Assembly: GCA_964632315.1 (NCBI GenBank)
Contig: CAZWEM010000007.1
Span: forward strand, 16,571 to 80,570
Source of the DNA: an uncultured archaeon
Lineage (GTDB): Archaea > Asgardarchaeota > Lokiarchaeia > Sigyniarchaeales > SOKP01
DNA: 64,000 nt
Direction: 5' to 3'
Shown: positions 1 through 9,784 of the stretch, piece after piece
How positions within the stretch are numbered: the first letter of the stretch is position 1
Layout: each line of letters begins with the position of its first letter
The notes under the pieces: generated by a model
What the model saw: the letters and a program-made list of their open reading frames with translations, nothing else
Databases searched by the model: none
Told to the model about the DNA's origin: nothing
Made by a program: the position numbers and the translations under genes

Positions 1-558
1 GCGGAAAAATCATCTTCTTTTGAAGAAAATTATAAAAAAATTATCAAAAACTTATCCATTAAGGCTTTAAAAAAGGACCCCAATGTAGATCTTGCTGAAA
101 TTAGTCAAACTATAGAAAGTAAATTTGATTCAAAAGATCAAATAAGGGGGCTCATTCCTACTAATTCAAAAGTTTATTATTATTTATCATTAGGATTTGG
201 AGCATTTATGGGAATTAATTCTGGATTATTTGGAGGAAGTTCAGGAATGATTATTGTTATTGCGCTTATATTGATATATGGTTATCCTCTTAAAAAAGGT
301 GTGGGCACTGCATTGATTCTTAGTGTATTAGTTAGTGGATTTACTTTCATCGTGTATCAAGCATTAGGAATTACCATAATATCAAGGTCTTTTTTTAATT
401 TAGAAATAAGTCTCTTTTTAGCAATTGGTTCGATTACCTTTGGGGTGCTATCATCTTTGTTTATACAAAATCTTTCAGCTAAAGTAATGGGAAGGAGCAT
501 GGGTGCCGTTATCGCAAGTCTTGGAATAATTGCTCTGGCATTCTACTTAATTTTTTAG
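1..558 (+). CDS. Sulfite exporter TauE/SafE family membrane protein (5'-truncated by window)
   Basis: Frame 1 is open from base 1 to the TAG at 556-558. GINSGLFGGSSGMII...KKGVGTAL matches the TauE GxxxGxxGxGGG / AxGT repeat, with several TM helices. Confidence 0.75.
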   Translation, partial: AEKSSSFEENYKKIIKNLSIKALKKDPNVDLAEISQTIESKFDSKDQIRGLIPTNSKVYYYLSLGFGAFMGINSGLFGGSSGMIIVIALILIYGYPLKKGVGTALILSVLVSGFTFIVYQALGITIISRSFFNLEISLFLAIGSITFGVLSSLFIQNLSAKVMGRSMGAVIASLGIIALAFYLIF

Positions 559-610
559 GTTCTTATTATTAGTGATTAAAATATTAATGATTCAATAAAT
601 GACGAAATTG

Positions 611-1894
611 TTATTGTTCAAGCTTTTTTATTTCCTCTTTTATCTCCTTGTAAGCATTATTTATGATATTAACTGCTATAAATGAGGGTTCATCCTTTGC
701 TTTCTTTTTTAATATCTTACTTTTAAGTCTTAATGAATCTAAGACGAGTTCTTCTTGGATATTTTCCTTTCCATTTAATATGATATCTAAAATATGAAGA
801 GCTAACTGCAGTTTATCATTTTCCACTAAATTCTGCGCATGTGCGAAATATGATTCAGCATTATTTAATTTTAAAAGTTCCGAAGAAATATCGATTGCCT
901 TTGAAGGAAAGAGATCCGTAGGATTTCCTGTATCATACCATCCGTGATATAATCGATAAGTTGCATGAATCGCAAACCTATAGCATCCATAAATTGGACT
1001 AAGAATTTTATGTGCTTTAAATTTCTCTGGAAAAATCTCAAGCATCTCATGGTAAATTTGCTCGAACCACTTACCTTCGTTTAATCTTTTAACCACTTCA
1101 TCATGAACGAAGTGCATTGCCTCAGAGGTTATTGATAGCGCGTCTTTTACTTTTTCTCGACCCTCAATAAATTTACCATGTCCTGGAATAAGGTATTTTG
1201 CTTCTTTTTCTATCATTTTATCCAAGGCTATAGCCCAATCTAAGGGATACCTTTGGACTTTATAAGGGTTACCTACATTCGGAAATGATGAGAGTAATAG
1301 ATCTCCAGTACAAATTGTTTCTTTTTCTGGAATCCATAACCAAATAGAATCATCAGTTTCACCCTTGTCATGATATAAGTGAAAATCAAGTCCACCAAAA
1401 TTAAAAGAATATTTTGCATCATTTCCAACCAAAATTATTGTTGGATCGATAAAAAATTCAGGAGATACTGTATCGACTTTTTTATTTTTCGGGGCTACGG
1501 AAGCAAACTGTTGACTGTTGATCCAGTTATGATATCTATCAAGCATTTGATACTTTTTGACTCTTCTCAAACAATTTTCGTGTCCTATAATCTCTGGCAT
1601 ATCCCAACCATACTCTTTGATCTCTTTAATAAAAGGACCAAACCCAAATGCATGATCAAAATGACCGTGGGAATAGATTAAATATTTGACTTGCTTTTTT
1701 GTTATTTTTCTTATTTCAGTGAACGATTTTTGAGCAGACTGCTTTATTGGCACATCAAATATAACTAAACCTTCACTAGTTTCAAATATTCCAGTATTCC
1801 CAAATCCAGGAATCACATGGCATTTCCCATCAGCAAATGTGATCGGAGGATATATCCCAAACCAAAATTTCATTCCTTCTCTAGGAAGACTCAT
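611..1894 (-). CDS. Metallo-beta-lactamase fold hydrolase, alkyl/aryl-sulfatase-like
   Basis: SHGHFDH (HxHxDH), GETDD, TGDL, PGHG, and GWYDTGNP typical of the alkyl sulfatase dimerisation region. Confidence 0.8.
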   Translation of the reverse strand: MSLPREGMKFWFGIYPPITFADGKCHVIPGFGNTGIFETSEGLVIFDVPIKQSAQKSFTEIRKITKKQVKYLIYSHGHFDHAFGFGPFIKEIKEYGWDMPEIIGHENCLRRVKKYQMLDRYHNWINSQQFASVAPKNKKVDTVSPEFFIDPTIILVGNDAKYSFNFGGLDFHLYHDKGETDDSIWLWIPEKETICTGDLLLSSFPNVGNPYKVQRYPLDWAIALDKMIEKEAKYLIPGHGKFIEGREKVKDALSITSEAMHFVHDEVVKRLNEGKWFEQIYHEMLEIFPEKFKAHKILSPIYGCYRFAIHATYRLYHGWYDTGNPTDLFPSKAIDISSELLKLNNAESYFAHAQNLVENDKLQLALHILDIILNGKENIQEELVLDSLRLKSKILKKKAKDEPSFIAVNIINNAYKEIKEEIKKLEQ

Positions 1895-1992
1895 AATAAT
1901 AATTTTTAATTCTCAATTTAAAATAAATATCCAAGAAAATCAAACATTAAATCGATTAAAAAATCATTTTTAAAAAAAGCGAGAAAAAAAAT

Positions 1993-2883
1993 CTAAAACC
2001 ATTGTGCTCGTGTAGGTTTTCTTGATGGAATCCTTTTATACTTTACTTGGGGATACCCTATAACTAATGAGTATCCAACCATATGATTTTTAGGAAGACC
2101 AATCAGTTCCTTAATCGTATCTGATCGGTTTGTGTGGAAAGTTAAGTATCCTAATGAACAAGTACCTAACCCTAGTGTTTCAGCAGCAAGCATAATATGC
2201 GCAGCAGCTAAAGCAGAATCGGTAAGTACACCTCCCATTGTAGGATTACCGTGAATATATATAATTTCTCCCTCCCAACACCAAAAATCGATTCCCTTTT
2301 CGATATTTTTCAAGATACCTTTTGTTCTTGGAAGACTTTCAATAGCTAATTCATACTCCTCTTTTGGCATCTGAGTTTTCATTATTTCACGTCCTTTAGG
2401 ATCTTCCAGGGTTGTAACAAATCTTTTTACTTTAGTAGTAATGTAATTTGAAATTTTCTTGACGATCTTCTTATCTTGGACTATCGTATAATAAACGTTT
2501 TCAGTATTACTTCCAGTAGGAGAAAATCTTGCTAAATCCAAAATTTCCTCTAGAATATCCTTCGGAACTGGTTTATCTTTGAATTGCCTTATTGATCTCC
2601 TGTTTAAGACTAAATTATAAAATGATTGGAAGTTTGGATACTCTTCGGATTTGAGGATCTCTCTTGTAAACTTTTCCTCGTTCACTTTTAACTCTACCAC
2701 GTTTACCGGGCAAATTGCGACGCAATGACCGCATAAAATACACCTCTCTTCAAAATCATCCACAATTTTGAGTGTGTCTGCTTCAATATAAAATAATCCA
2801 GCAACACAATCATTAACGCACGCTCTACATCGGGTGCAATTTTCAAGATCAATCTTGATTATTGAATTCTCGATTTCAGACAT
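1993..2883 (-). CDS. Nitroreductase with N-terminal 2x[4Fe-4S] ferredoxin domain
   Basis: CTRCRACVNDC and CILCGHCVAICP, followed by RRSIRQF, SPTGSN and LAAETLGLGTC. Confidence 0.9.
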   Translation of the reverse strand: MSEIENSIIKIDLENCTRCRACVNDCVAGLFYIEADTLKIVDDFEERCILCGHCVAICPVNVVELKVNEEKFTREILKSEEYPNFQSFYNLVLNRRSIRQFKDKPVPKDILEEILDLARFSPTGSNTENVYYTIVQDKKIVKKISNYITTKVKRFVTTLEDPKGREIMKTQMPKEEYELAIESLPRTKGILKNIEKGIDFWCWEGEIIYIHGNPTMGGVLTDSALAAAHIMLAAETLGLGTCSLGYLTFHTNRSDTIKELIGLPKNHMVGYSLVIGYPQVKYKRIPSRKPTRAQWF

Positions 2884-2960
2884 GATTAACTCTTTTTTAC
2901 AGTGTTGATTTTTAAAAATGAGGTAAAATAAAAAAAGAATTCTATTAAATAAAGGATTAA

Positions 2961-4073
2961 TTAGTTATTTTTCTCAGCTCTTGCTAATTCTGCTTTCTTA
3001 TCCATTATGGACAAATAAGTCTCAACCGTATTCTTGGGCGGTTTAATCTCATCTTCTTTTTTATATAGCTTTATCGCTTCAGATGTACAAGTTGGTACGC
3101 ACGCACCACATCCAATGCACCTTGCTAAATTAACTACAGCAATATCATCTTCTACGTGAACAGCATTCATATTACATCTTTCTTCGCAAATACCGCATGC
3201 AGTACATTCTTCAGGATCAACTTTAGCATAGTAATTCGTTGCAAAGAATTGTGCGGGCGCTTCGAGCTTATTTTGGTGCGATAATAAACCGCAACAACAT
3301 CCACAACAGCAACAGATGTTCATGGGGCGCTGAGAATTACCTGGTTGAAGAACTAAACCATCTTCTTGAGCTTTTTGTAATATTTCGAGCGCTTCTTCTT
3401 TACTGATTTCTCTGCCAAGACCTTTTTCGATATATATTCTTGCGGCAGTCCTAAATGAAAAACATGCTTCACGTAAATCTGTTTTTTTACATGGTTCTCC
3501 AAGCATATCAGTACCTTTTCTACAAATGCATTCTGCTACCGCAATAGGTCCACCAATAGTTTCGATGACCTGTTTTAAATCATCATATGTAGCGATAGTT
3601 TGTTCATGTTCAATTGTCTGTTCAATAGGTATAGTTCGCAATTGTGGAATACCCGTCTTATTAAATTCATCTAAAAATCCTTCATCGAAATAATCTTCTA
3701 CATCTTTAAAAAACTCTGGTGTTAAATTATTTAATTGATATTCATACATTCCAATGGCTAAAGGTGCTAGTGTATAATATTTAACTTCCACTCCATTTTC
3801 ATTTCTAATTCCGCGATTTATTAAACCATCAAAATACATTTTGTCTAATCGTTCCTCTAATTCTTCCATAGAGTATCTTTTTAATTTTCTTTGAACTTTT
3901 TTAAGATTATCTGGATAAAATCCCAAACGTAAGGCAATTTCAGCTTGCTCTGGAGTAAAAAGATGTTTTAAAATACGCATTTCGATTCCAGATTCAGTCT
4001 CCGGGTATCCAATAGGCAGTTTATCTAGATGTTCTCGAAGTTTTCTATAAATTTCTATACTATTTTCATTCAT
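2961..4073 (-). CDS. Polyferredoxin-like 4Fe-4S binding protein
   Basis: CICRK..C..C, NICCCCGCCC, and C-terminal CTACGICEERC and CIGCGACVPTC. Confidence 0.8.
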   Translation of the reverse strand: MNENSIEIYRKLREHLDKLPIGYPETESGIEMRILKHLFTPEQAEIALRLGFYPDNLKKVQRKLKRYSMEELEERLDKMYFDGLINRGIRNENGVEVKYYTLAPLAIGMYEYQLNNLTPEFFKDVEDYFDEGFLDEFNKTGIPQLRTIPIEQTIEHEQTIATYDDLKQVIETIGGPIAVAECICRKGTDMLGEPCKKTDLREACFSFRTAARIYIEKGLGREISKEEALEILQKAQEDGLVLQPGNSQRPMNICCCCGCCCGLLSHQNKLEAPAQFFATNYYAKVDPEECTACGICEERCNMNAVHVEDDIAVVNLARCIGCGACVPTCTSEAIKLYKKEDEIKPPKNTVETYLSIMDKKAELARAEKNN

Positions 4074-4260
4074 TTCAATTTCACAACAATTTTTTTTTAA
4101 TTATATTTCAAGTAATTCCAAATAAATTAGTATTATTTCTCTTTGAAAATGGCTTAAGCTGGCTCATCTTTCTTGAAAGATTGGTTAATTTTATATGTAA
4201 TGCCAATAATTCATACTATATAAATATAGTAGTATTTACTACATTTTTTTGTGGTGTTCT

Positions 4261-4986
4261 ATGGAACAGGAAAATCTCTCTGTAAATGATGATTTTGATG
4301 AATTGAATAAAAAATTATCAAATTTGAAGAAATCATTTTTGAAGATGAAACTCGATTTTACTTATATAACTAAAACACCTCAACTAATTAATACTACTGA
4401 AGAAATGGTCAATTCTTTCCTAGATAATAGACCATATAATTGTCAAATAATAGATCGATGTTCGACTATCCTTCAAAAAATGGTTATGAAAACTTTACGA
4501 GTATTTTCTGAAAGTGGTTATTATAAAACAAATCAGCTAGTAAATCGATATCTAACAAAGATTGACTCATATGCTGAAGAAGGAAAATGTCAAGACAACT
4601 CTTGTTTAACTAATGCTAAGCTTATCTTAAGAACAATTAGAGATTATTTAGATGAGTCAAACCAAAGTTCAATTTCGGATTTTAGAGAATTATTAAAGAA
4701 AGAGACTGAATTTAAGTTATTAAACGGGAATGAAAAACGAGAAAGCAAAATTATGTCTGTTTTGGGAAACGAAAATCGCCTTAAAATCTTAAAGGAATTA
4801 AGTAAAGGAAAGAACTATTATACAAATTTAGAGCGCATATTAGGTTTAAAAGGAGGCCATTTTAATTTTCATCTCTCACAATTGAAGGATGCAGATCTTG
4901 TATCAATAGATAATGATGATAGATCCTACAATATTACGATCAAAGGATTGAAGGCACTAAAAATGGTTGTTGAATTAGCAAAGTAG
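4261..4986 (+). CDS. ArsR-like winged-helix regulator with N-terminal Cys-containing domain
   Basis: C-terminal LGNENRLKILKEL...GGHFNFHLSQL...YNITIKG wHTH. N-terminal CQIIDRC and CQDNSC. ATG 4261 preferred over GTG 4249. Confidence 0.8.
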   Translation: MEQENLSVNDDFDELNKKLSNLKKSFLKMKLDFTYITKTPQLINTTEEMVNSFLDNRPYNCQIIDRCSTILQKMVMKTLRVFSESGYYKTNQLVNRYLTKIDSYAEEGKCQDNSCLTNAKLILRTIRDYLDESNQSSISDFRELLKKETEFKLLNGNEKRESKIMSVLGNENRLKILKELSKGKNYYTNLERILGLKGGHFNFHLSQLKDADLVSIDNDDRSYNITIKGLKALKMVVELAK

Positions 4987-5287
4987 GAAGGTTTAAGATA
5001 CATAAACGCAAAGCTTACCGATCATTTTTATCCTATATTAATTTTATCAACGGTTTAAGATATATATTTTAATTGATAACTTGATCCTCTTATCCACTGG
5101 ATTTAATATTGTTAAAATTTTTTTTTTTAAAAGTCCACATAAATGGTTTTGATTGAATGAGCAAACTTCACCTAATTTTTTTTAAAATTGAGCCATTAGC
5201 TATTCTGATACATTTAAATAGAAGTTTTTTGATGTAAATATGTAATGGTAATTTATTAAGAAGATTTTCACTTAAGGTATAAGAATT

Positions 5288-6181
5288 ATGAAAAAAAAAG
5301 AAAAATTTGCTATTGCAATTTTAGGGACATTAATGCTCTTTTCCATTGCTACCACAAATGTTTCAGCAGCTCCACCATCTTATGTGGGGGTAAAAATAGG
5401 AGATGAATTTATTTGGCGTGCTTCATTGAACATGGCAAATATTAATGCTACAGCTATTAGTCTTATAGGAGAGGAAAATTGGACTTTGGGATATAACATG
5501 TTAATGGAACTATATAAAAACGCTACTGGTTCGGAGTTTACTGGTTTAGCAGGAGCAGGGATCAAAGTAGAAGTTACAAACGTTACCGATGAAGTGGCAG
5601 TTTCACCTTATCTAAATGCCTCAGCATTATCTTTTGACCTTTATACATCGGGAGGAAATAACAATTGGACATTACAACTTAACTCATCAGCTATATCCTC
5701 TCCTATGGGCTATTTGATAGATCCTACAATGTTAAATGAGTCAACCATATTATACGGACTTATTGGAACGGAAATTCCAATGTTTACACCGATTGGACTT
5801 AATTTCACTATGTTGGCTCAAACGATACAAACATCAATTGATTCTAGTCCGTCTACAGCAGATAATGTTACAGCTGAAGCTCAAGGAACTGGATTAAAAT
5901 TTACTGTACTTGGAACTTATTTAGATAAATTAGTTAATTCGACAGGAGAAATTCCTTTCAACATAACTGGATTTGGAGATATAGTCGCCACGGTGAAATG
6001 GAATAGTAATGGAGTATTTGAGCGCGGCACGGTTGCATATGGTGGTCTTACACTTATTACTATATATTTAGAGACGGGATCAACGTCAATACCGGGATAT
6101 GAGTTTATTATTCTTGCTGTTGTTAGTGGTTTTGCCGTAATTGCAATTATTTATATCCATAAAAAGAAATTTAAAATCTAA
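5288..6181 (+). CDS. Secreted/surface glycoprotein with C-terminal IPGY-TM-basic (Loki-CTERM-like) anchor
   Basis: Signal peptide MKKKEKFAIAILG...VSA, many N-x-S/T sequons, C-terminus SIPGYEFIILAVVSGFAVIAIIYIHKKKFKI. Confidence 0.8.
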   Translation: MKKKEKFAIAILGTLMLFSIATTNVSAAPPSYVGVKIGDEFIWRASLNMANINATAISLIGEENWTLGYNMLMELYKNATGSEFTGLAGAGIKVEVTNVTDEVAVSPYLNASALSFDLYTSGGNNNWTLQLNSSAISSPMGYLIDPTMLNESTILYGLIGTEIPMFTPIGLNFTMLAQTIQTSIDSSPSTADNVTAEAQGTGLKFTVLGTYLDKLVNSTGEIPFNITGFGDIVATVKWNSNGVFERGTVAYGGLTLITIYLETGSTSIPGYEFIILAVVSGFAVIAIIYIHKKKFKI

Positions 6182-6203
6182 TTTAATTCAATTTTTTTTT
6201 ATT

Positions 6204-6476
6204 ATGTTATTCTATGATTTATTATTTTTTCTTGTTCTATTGCTTGCTTTAATTTATGCCATAAAAGCGGATCTATTATTCATGATTTTAGGAATAACAA
6301 TTATCATTTTTCTAATTTTTGAATTGTTTTTAATAAGCCCTTTAGAAGTCTTCACTTCTCTCTTAATATTTATTATTTCTAACCCATTTGGTCTATTAGT
6401 AGCTCTAATTCCATTAATAGTCGCCATTATTAATTTCATATTAAAAAAACTTCGATCTGATAAAGCTATTGAATAG
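6204..6476 (+). CDS. Small hydrophobic membrane protein
   Basis: ATG 6204 avoids overlap with the upstream gene; about 3 TM segments; no recognised family. Confidence 0.45.
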   Translation: MLFYDLLFFLVLLLALIYAIKADLLFMILGITIIIFLIFELFLISPLEVFTSLLIFIISNPFGLLVALIPLIVAIINFILKKLRSDKAIE

Positions 6477-6479
6477 ATT

Positions 6480-8132
6480 TTATTCGATATGATTCAATTT
6501 TCTTAATCCAAACACTAATATCAAGATTGCTAATATCGAAGAAAAAAATAAGGAGCAAACAAGGATTAAAATAAAACCTATTGAATAATCAATATCAAAA
6601 GGAAGAAAGGGAACTAAAATAAAAAGAGGAATTGCAAACGAGATTATTTGAAAAAGCACGATTAAATACACATTAAAATAAACTGATTTTCCTTTCTCAT
6701 CAAAAAGTGGGTTATTAGATTGAATACCTAGAGCTTGGGTCAAAATAATTAATGAGATAAAAAAATAGAAAATAAAGAAAAATAGTATTTCTAAAAAATT
6801 TAATTGAAAAATTATTGAATATATGACCGTTGTTAAAAGGTCAATAAATAAAATTACTTGTGCCATTTGATAAAGATGCGAAAAAATTAATGCCTTAGTT
6901 CCTCTTGAAGACTTTTTGTATAAAAATAAGATTCCTTTTGATGGTATAAAGACAATAACCCCAAAAAAAATACCGAGGGTTAAGCCACCCATCCATGAGA
7001 GAATAATTAATACAAAAAGGTCAAAATATGCTACTTCAAGATTAACTGATGGAAAAATTTGATAAACTATAACATTTAAAAGATTATAATCTAAAGAGGT
7101 TAGAATAAATAGTCCAAATGCTACGTTAAATGAAAATATATAAATGATTCTGTTGAAATTTTCCAATTTTCTAAAAAATTCCTTAAAATGAGTAGAAACC
7201 AGAAGCTTATATTTAGAAGGAGTCAAAAATTTTGCTAAATTTAGGATTTTTGATTCGGTTTTAAGTTTTATTTGAGTTTTTTCAATGTAATATTCTAATT
7301 TGTAAAACCTATCGGCCATCTTATATGAAATAATAAAGCAAAAAATAGGAACTAGAACAATGAGGATGCTACTTGGCCATATACCAATATAATATCCTTG
7401 AATAAGACTTGGTTCTATTAAATATAATATTATATTCGAATACCAAATTGAAGGGAAAAAACTCAACCAATTTTTAAATCCTGGGATATAATCTGGAAGT
7501 GAAAATAGTATGTGAAAGAGGTAAAAAAAGAGAATTACGATGAATGGTAAAAAGACAAAAAAAAGGTTCTTCGCGTCCATTTGTTTCATTTTTTTTATCA
7601 TCCTGAATTCTAACCAAGTACTAATGATGTTTCCCAATAATAATCCAAATACAATGAGATTAATGATTATTGAATAAGTAATAAAAAAGTCCAAAACCGT
7701 CAAATTTGGATTTAATTGGACTAAAAATGAAGTTATTATTGGTCCGATCCCTAAAACAAAGTATAAAAATAAAGGAATTTGGCCCATAAATTCTCCTAAG
7801 AAGATATCTCCAGGTTTAGCGGGAGTCGATACGATGATATCTTTAATTCCCATGTCGATTTTGCGATATAACATGAAAATCGGGTATAGGATAAATATCA
7901 AAAAAAAGACCATAAATGCATATTCTAAAATGGGAGGTAATACAGGAATAAAAGCACTAGAAAAGGATTTTATGATATCGGGGATGATTAAGTCGAAAAG
8001 TTGAGGACCTAAATACAAAGCCCATAATAATAAAATTGAGGTCAAAAGAACGAAAAATGATTTTCTAAAGCGCCTTATTTTTGACGTTTTTATTCTTATC
8101 TCATTTCGAGCGATTTTTTTCCATAGCGTCAT
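6480..8132 (-). CDS. ABC-2-type exporter permease (multi-TM)
   Basis: About 12 hydrophobic segments; directly downstream of an ABC ATPase. Confidence 0.7.
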   Translation of the reverse strand: MTLWKKIARNEIRIKTSKIRRFRKSFFVLLTSILLLWALYLGPQLFDLIIPDIIKSFSSAFIPVLPPILEYAFMVFFLIFILYPIFMLYRKIDMGIKDIIVSTPAKPGDIFLGEFMGQIPLFLYFVLGIGPIITSFLVQLNPNLTVLDFFITYSIIINLIVFGLLLGNIISTWLEFRMIKKMKQMDAKNLFFVFLPFIVILFFYLFHILFSLPDYIPGFKNWLSFFPSIWYSNIILYLIEPSLIQGYYIGIWPSSILIVLVPIFCFIISYKMADRFYKLEYYIEKTQIKLKTESKILNLAKFLTPSKYKLLVSTHFKEFFRKLENFNRIIYIFSFNVAFGLFILTSLDYNLLNVIVYQIFPSVNLEVAYFDLFVLIILSWMGGLTLGIFFGVIVFIPSKGILFLYKKSSRGTKALIFSHLYQMAQVILFIDLLTTVIYSIIFQLNFLEILFFFIFYFFISLIILTQALGIQSNNPLFDEKGKSVYFNVYLIVLFQIISFAIPLFILVPFLPFDIDYSIGFILILVCSLFFSSILAILILVFGLRKLNHIE

Positions 8133-8171
8133 TTAGGTGTGTTCATTTATGATTATTTTTAATTGGTAAAT

Positions 8172-8936
8172 TTATATCCACGATAGCAAATTATCACTAT
8201 CGTCAATATTCATAATTTTTAAATAGGCTTGTTCCAAATTTTCAGCATTTACACTAGCAATAATTTCTTTTGGAGTGCCTTCTACGATTATTGAACCCTT
8301 GTCAATAATTCCTATGACATCGCAAAGTTGTTCTGCAACGTCTAATAAATGCGTACAAACAAATAATGTTTTCTGAGCTTTTTTGACTAAGCTTAGTATT
8401 AAATTTTTTACCATATTTGAGGCTGCGGGATCAAGATTTGAAGTTGGTTCATCTAAAAAAATAATCTCAGGATCATGAATTAGAGTGGCACAAATACAGA
8501 GTTTTTGCTTCATTCCTCGCGAATAGCTTTCAATCAGATCATAATTTTTATTATCTAACTCAAAAAGCCGTAAAAGCTCATTAATTCTTTTATTCATCTT
8601 TTCTTCGTTTAGATAATATAGAGCACCTACAAACTCTAAAAATTCTTTAGCAGTTAACTTTTGATATAAACTAGGTGCTTCAGGTAAAAATCCACAAGTA
8701 GCTTTAACCTTATTACTCTGTGTAACTACGTCAAATCCTGCGACTAGGGCTTTGCCTGAAGTGGGCTTAAGAATTGAGTTTAAAATTCTGACGGTTGTTG
8801 TTTTTCCCGCACCGTTAGGCCCTAAAAGGCCATAAGTGATTCCATAGGGTATGCTCAAACTTAAATCGTTGACAGCATATGTTTTTCTAAATTTTTTTAC
8901 TAAATTTCTTGTAATAATAGCCCCATCTTTGAGCAT
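8172..8936 (-). CDS. ABC transporter ATP-binding protein
   Basis: GPNGAGKT Walker A, YSRGM signature, IFLDEPT Walker B, H-loop. Confidence 0.95.
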   Translation of the reverse strand: MLKDGAIITRNLVKKFRKTYAVNDLSLSIPYGITYGLLGPNGAGKTTTVRILNSILKPTSGKALVAGFDVVTQSNKVKATCGFLPEAPSLYQKLTAKEFLEFVGALYYLNEEKMNKRINELLRLFELDNKNYDLIESYSRGMKQKLCICATLIHDPEIIFLDEPTSNLDPAASNMVKNLILSLVKKAQKTLFVCTHLLDVAEQLCDVIGIIDKGSIIVEGTPKEIIASVNAENLEQAYLKIMNIDDSDNLLSWI

Positions 8937-9059
8937 AATAATAATTTAAATTAGATCAATAAAAAGTTAATTGCCATTAAAAGGATTTAAAGCGTTAAGT
9001 GTCACTATCGATCCTATAAATTGATTAATCATAATACGGGGAAATTAAAATCTTTTGCT

Positions 9060-9749
9060 TCACTTTTGTCCTACAACAATATAATCTACGCCTTTTGATT
9101 TAAATTTAACTTGGAAATTTAGTTCTCTCATCCAATTTTCCATACGTTGAGGGCTAATCCAATGATGTGAACTCTGATAATAATGTTTAGCTCGTTGCTT
9201 TCCCATCTTGAATCTTAAAAAATAAAAATATATCTTCATTTTCCATTTTGGATAACTAGGATTTTTATCTTTTAGAATAAAAATTCCATTTTTTTCTAAG
9301 ACTCTGTGCACTTCACTAAGAGCTTTCTTAGGCTCTTTAAAGTCATGAAAACTATTAAAACAAGTGATAATTGAATAAGAATTATCTTCAAGCGGGATAG
9401 ATTCGGCTTTCCCTTGTTTAAATTCAATCCCTTGAACTGAATATTCTTCTAATTTTTGTTGAGCATATTTTATCATTTTTTTAGATGCATCAACCCCAAG
9501 GAAGGAAGCATTGGGGATCCTTTTATGGATCTCCATTAATAGGAATGCAGGACCACAAGCTAGATCCATAATCTTTGGATTCTCCGAAATCCGATATTCA
9601 AGATAAATCTTAGCGATTTCCTTAGCAAATGGTTCATATCTACTCTGGAGTTGCCCTTCCATTCGTTTAACAAATTGTTCTGCGTGATCATCTGTCCATT
9701 GATGGTTTATATGCTCGTGAGAATCATCATCCAACTTGAATAACCTCAA
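9060..9749 (-). CDS. Class I SAM-dependent methyltransferase
   Basis: IMDLACGPA motif I, GVDAS, GKAESIPL, RVLEKNG. Confidence 0.85.
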   Translation of the reverse strand: MRLFKLDDDSHEHINHQWTDDHAEQFVKRMEGQLQSRYEPFAKEIAKIYLEYRISENPKIMDLACGPAFLLMEIHKRIPNASFLGVDASKKMIKYAQQKLEEYSVQGIEFKQGKAESIPLEDNSYSIITCFNSFHDFKEPKKALSEVHRVLEKNGIFILKDKNPSYPKWKMKIYFYFLRFKMGKQRAKHYYQSSHHWISPQRMENWMRELNFQVKFKSKGVDYIVVGQK

Positions 9750-9784
9750 AGAAAAAAATTAAATCTCTATTATGTATTTTGCCT

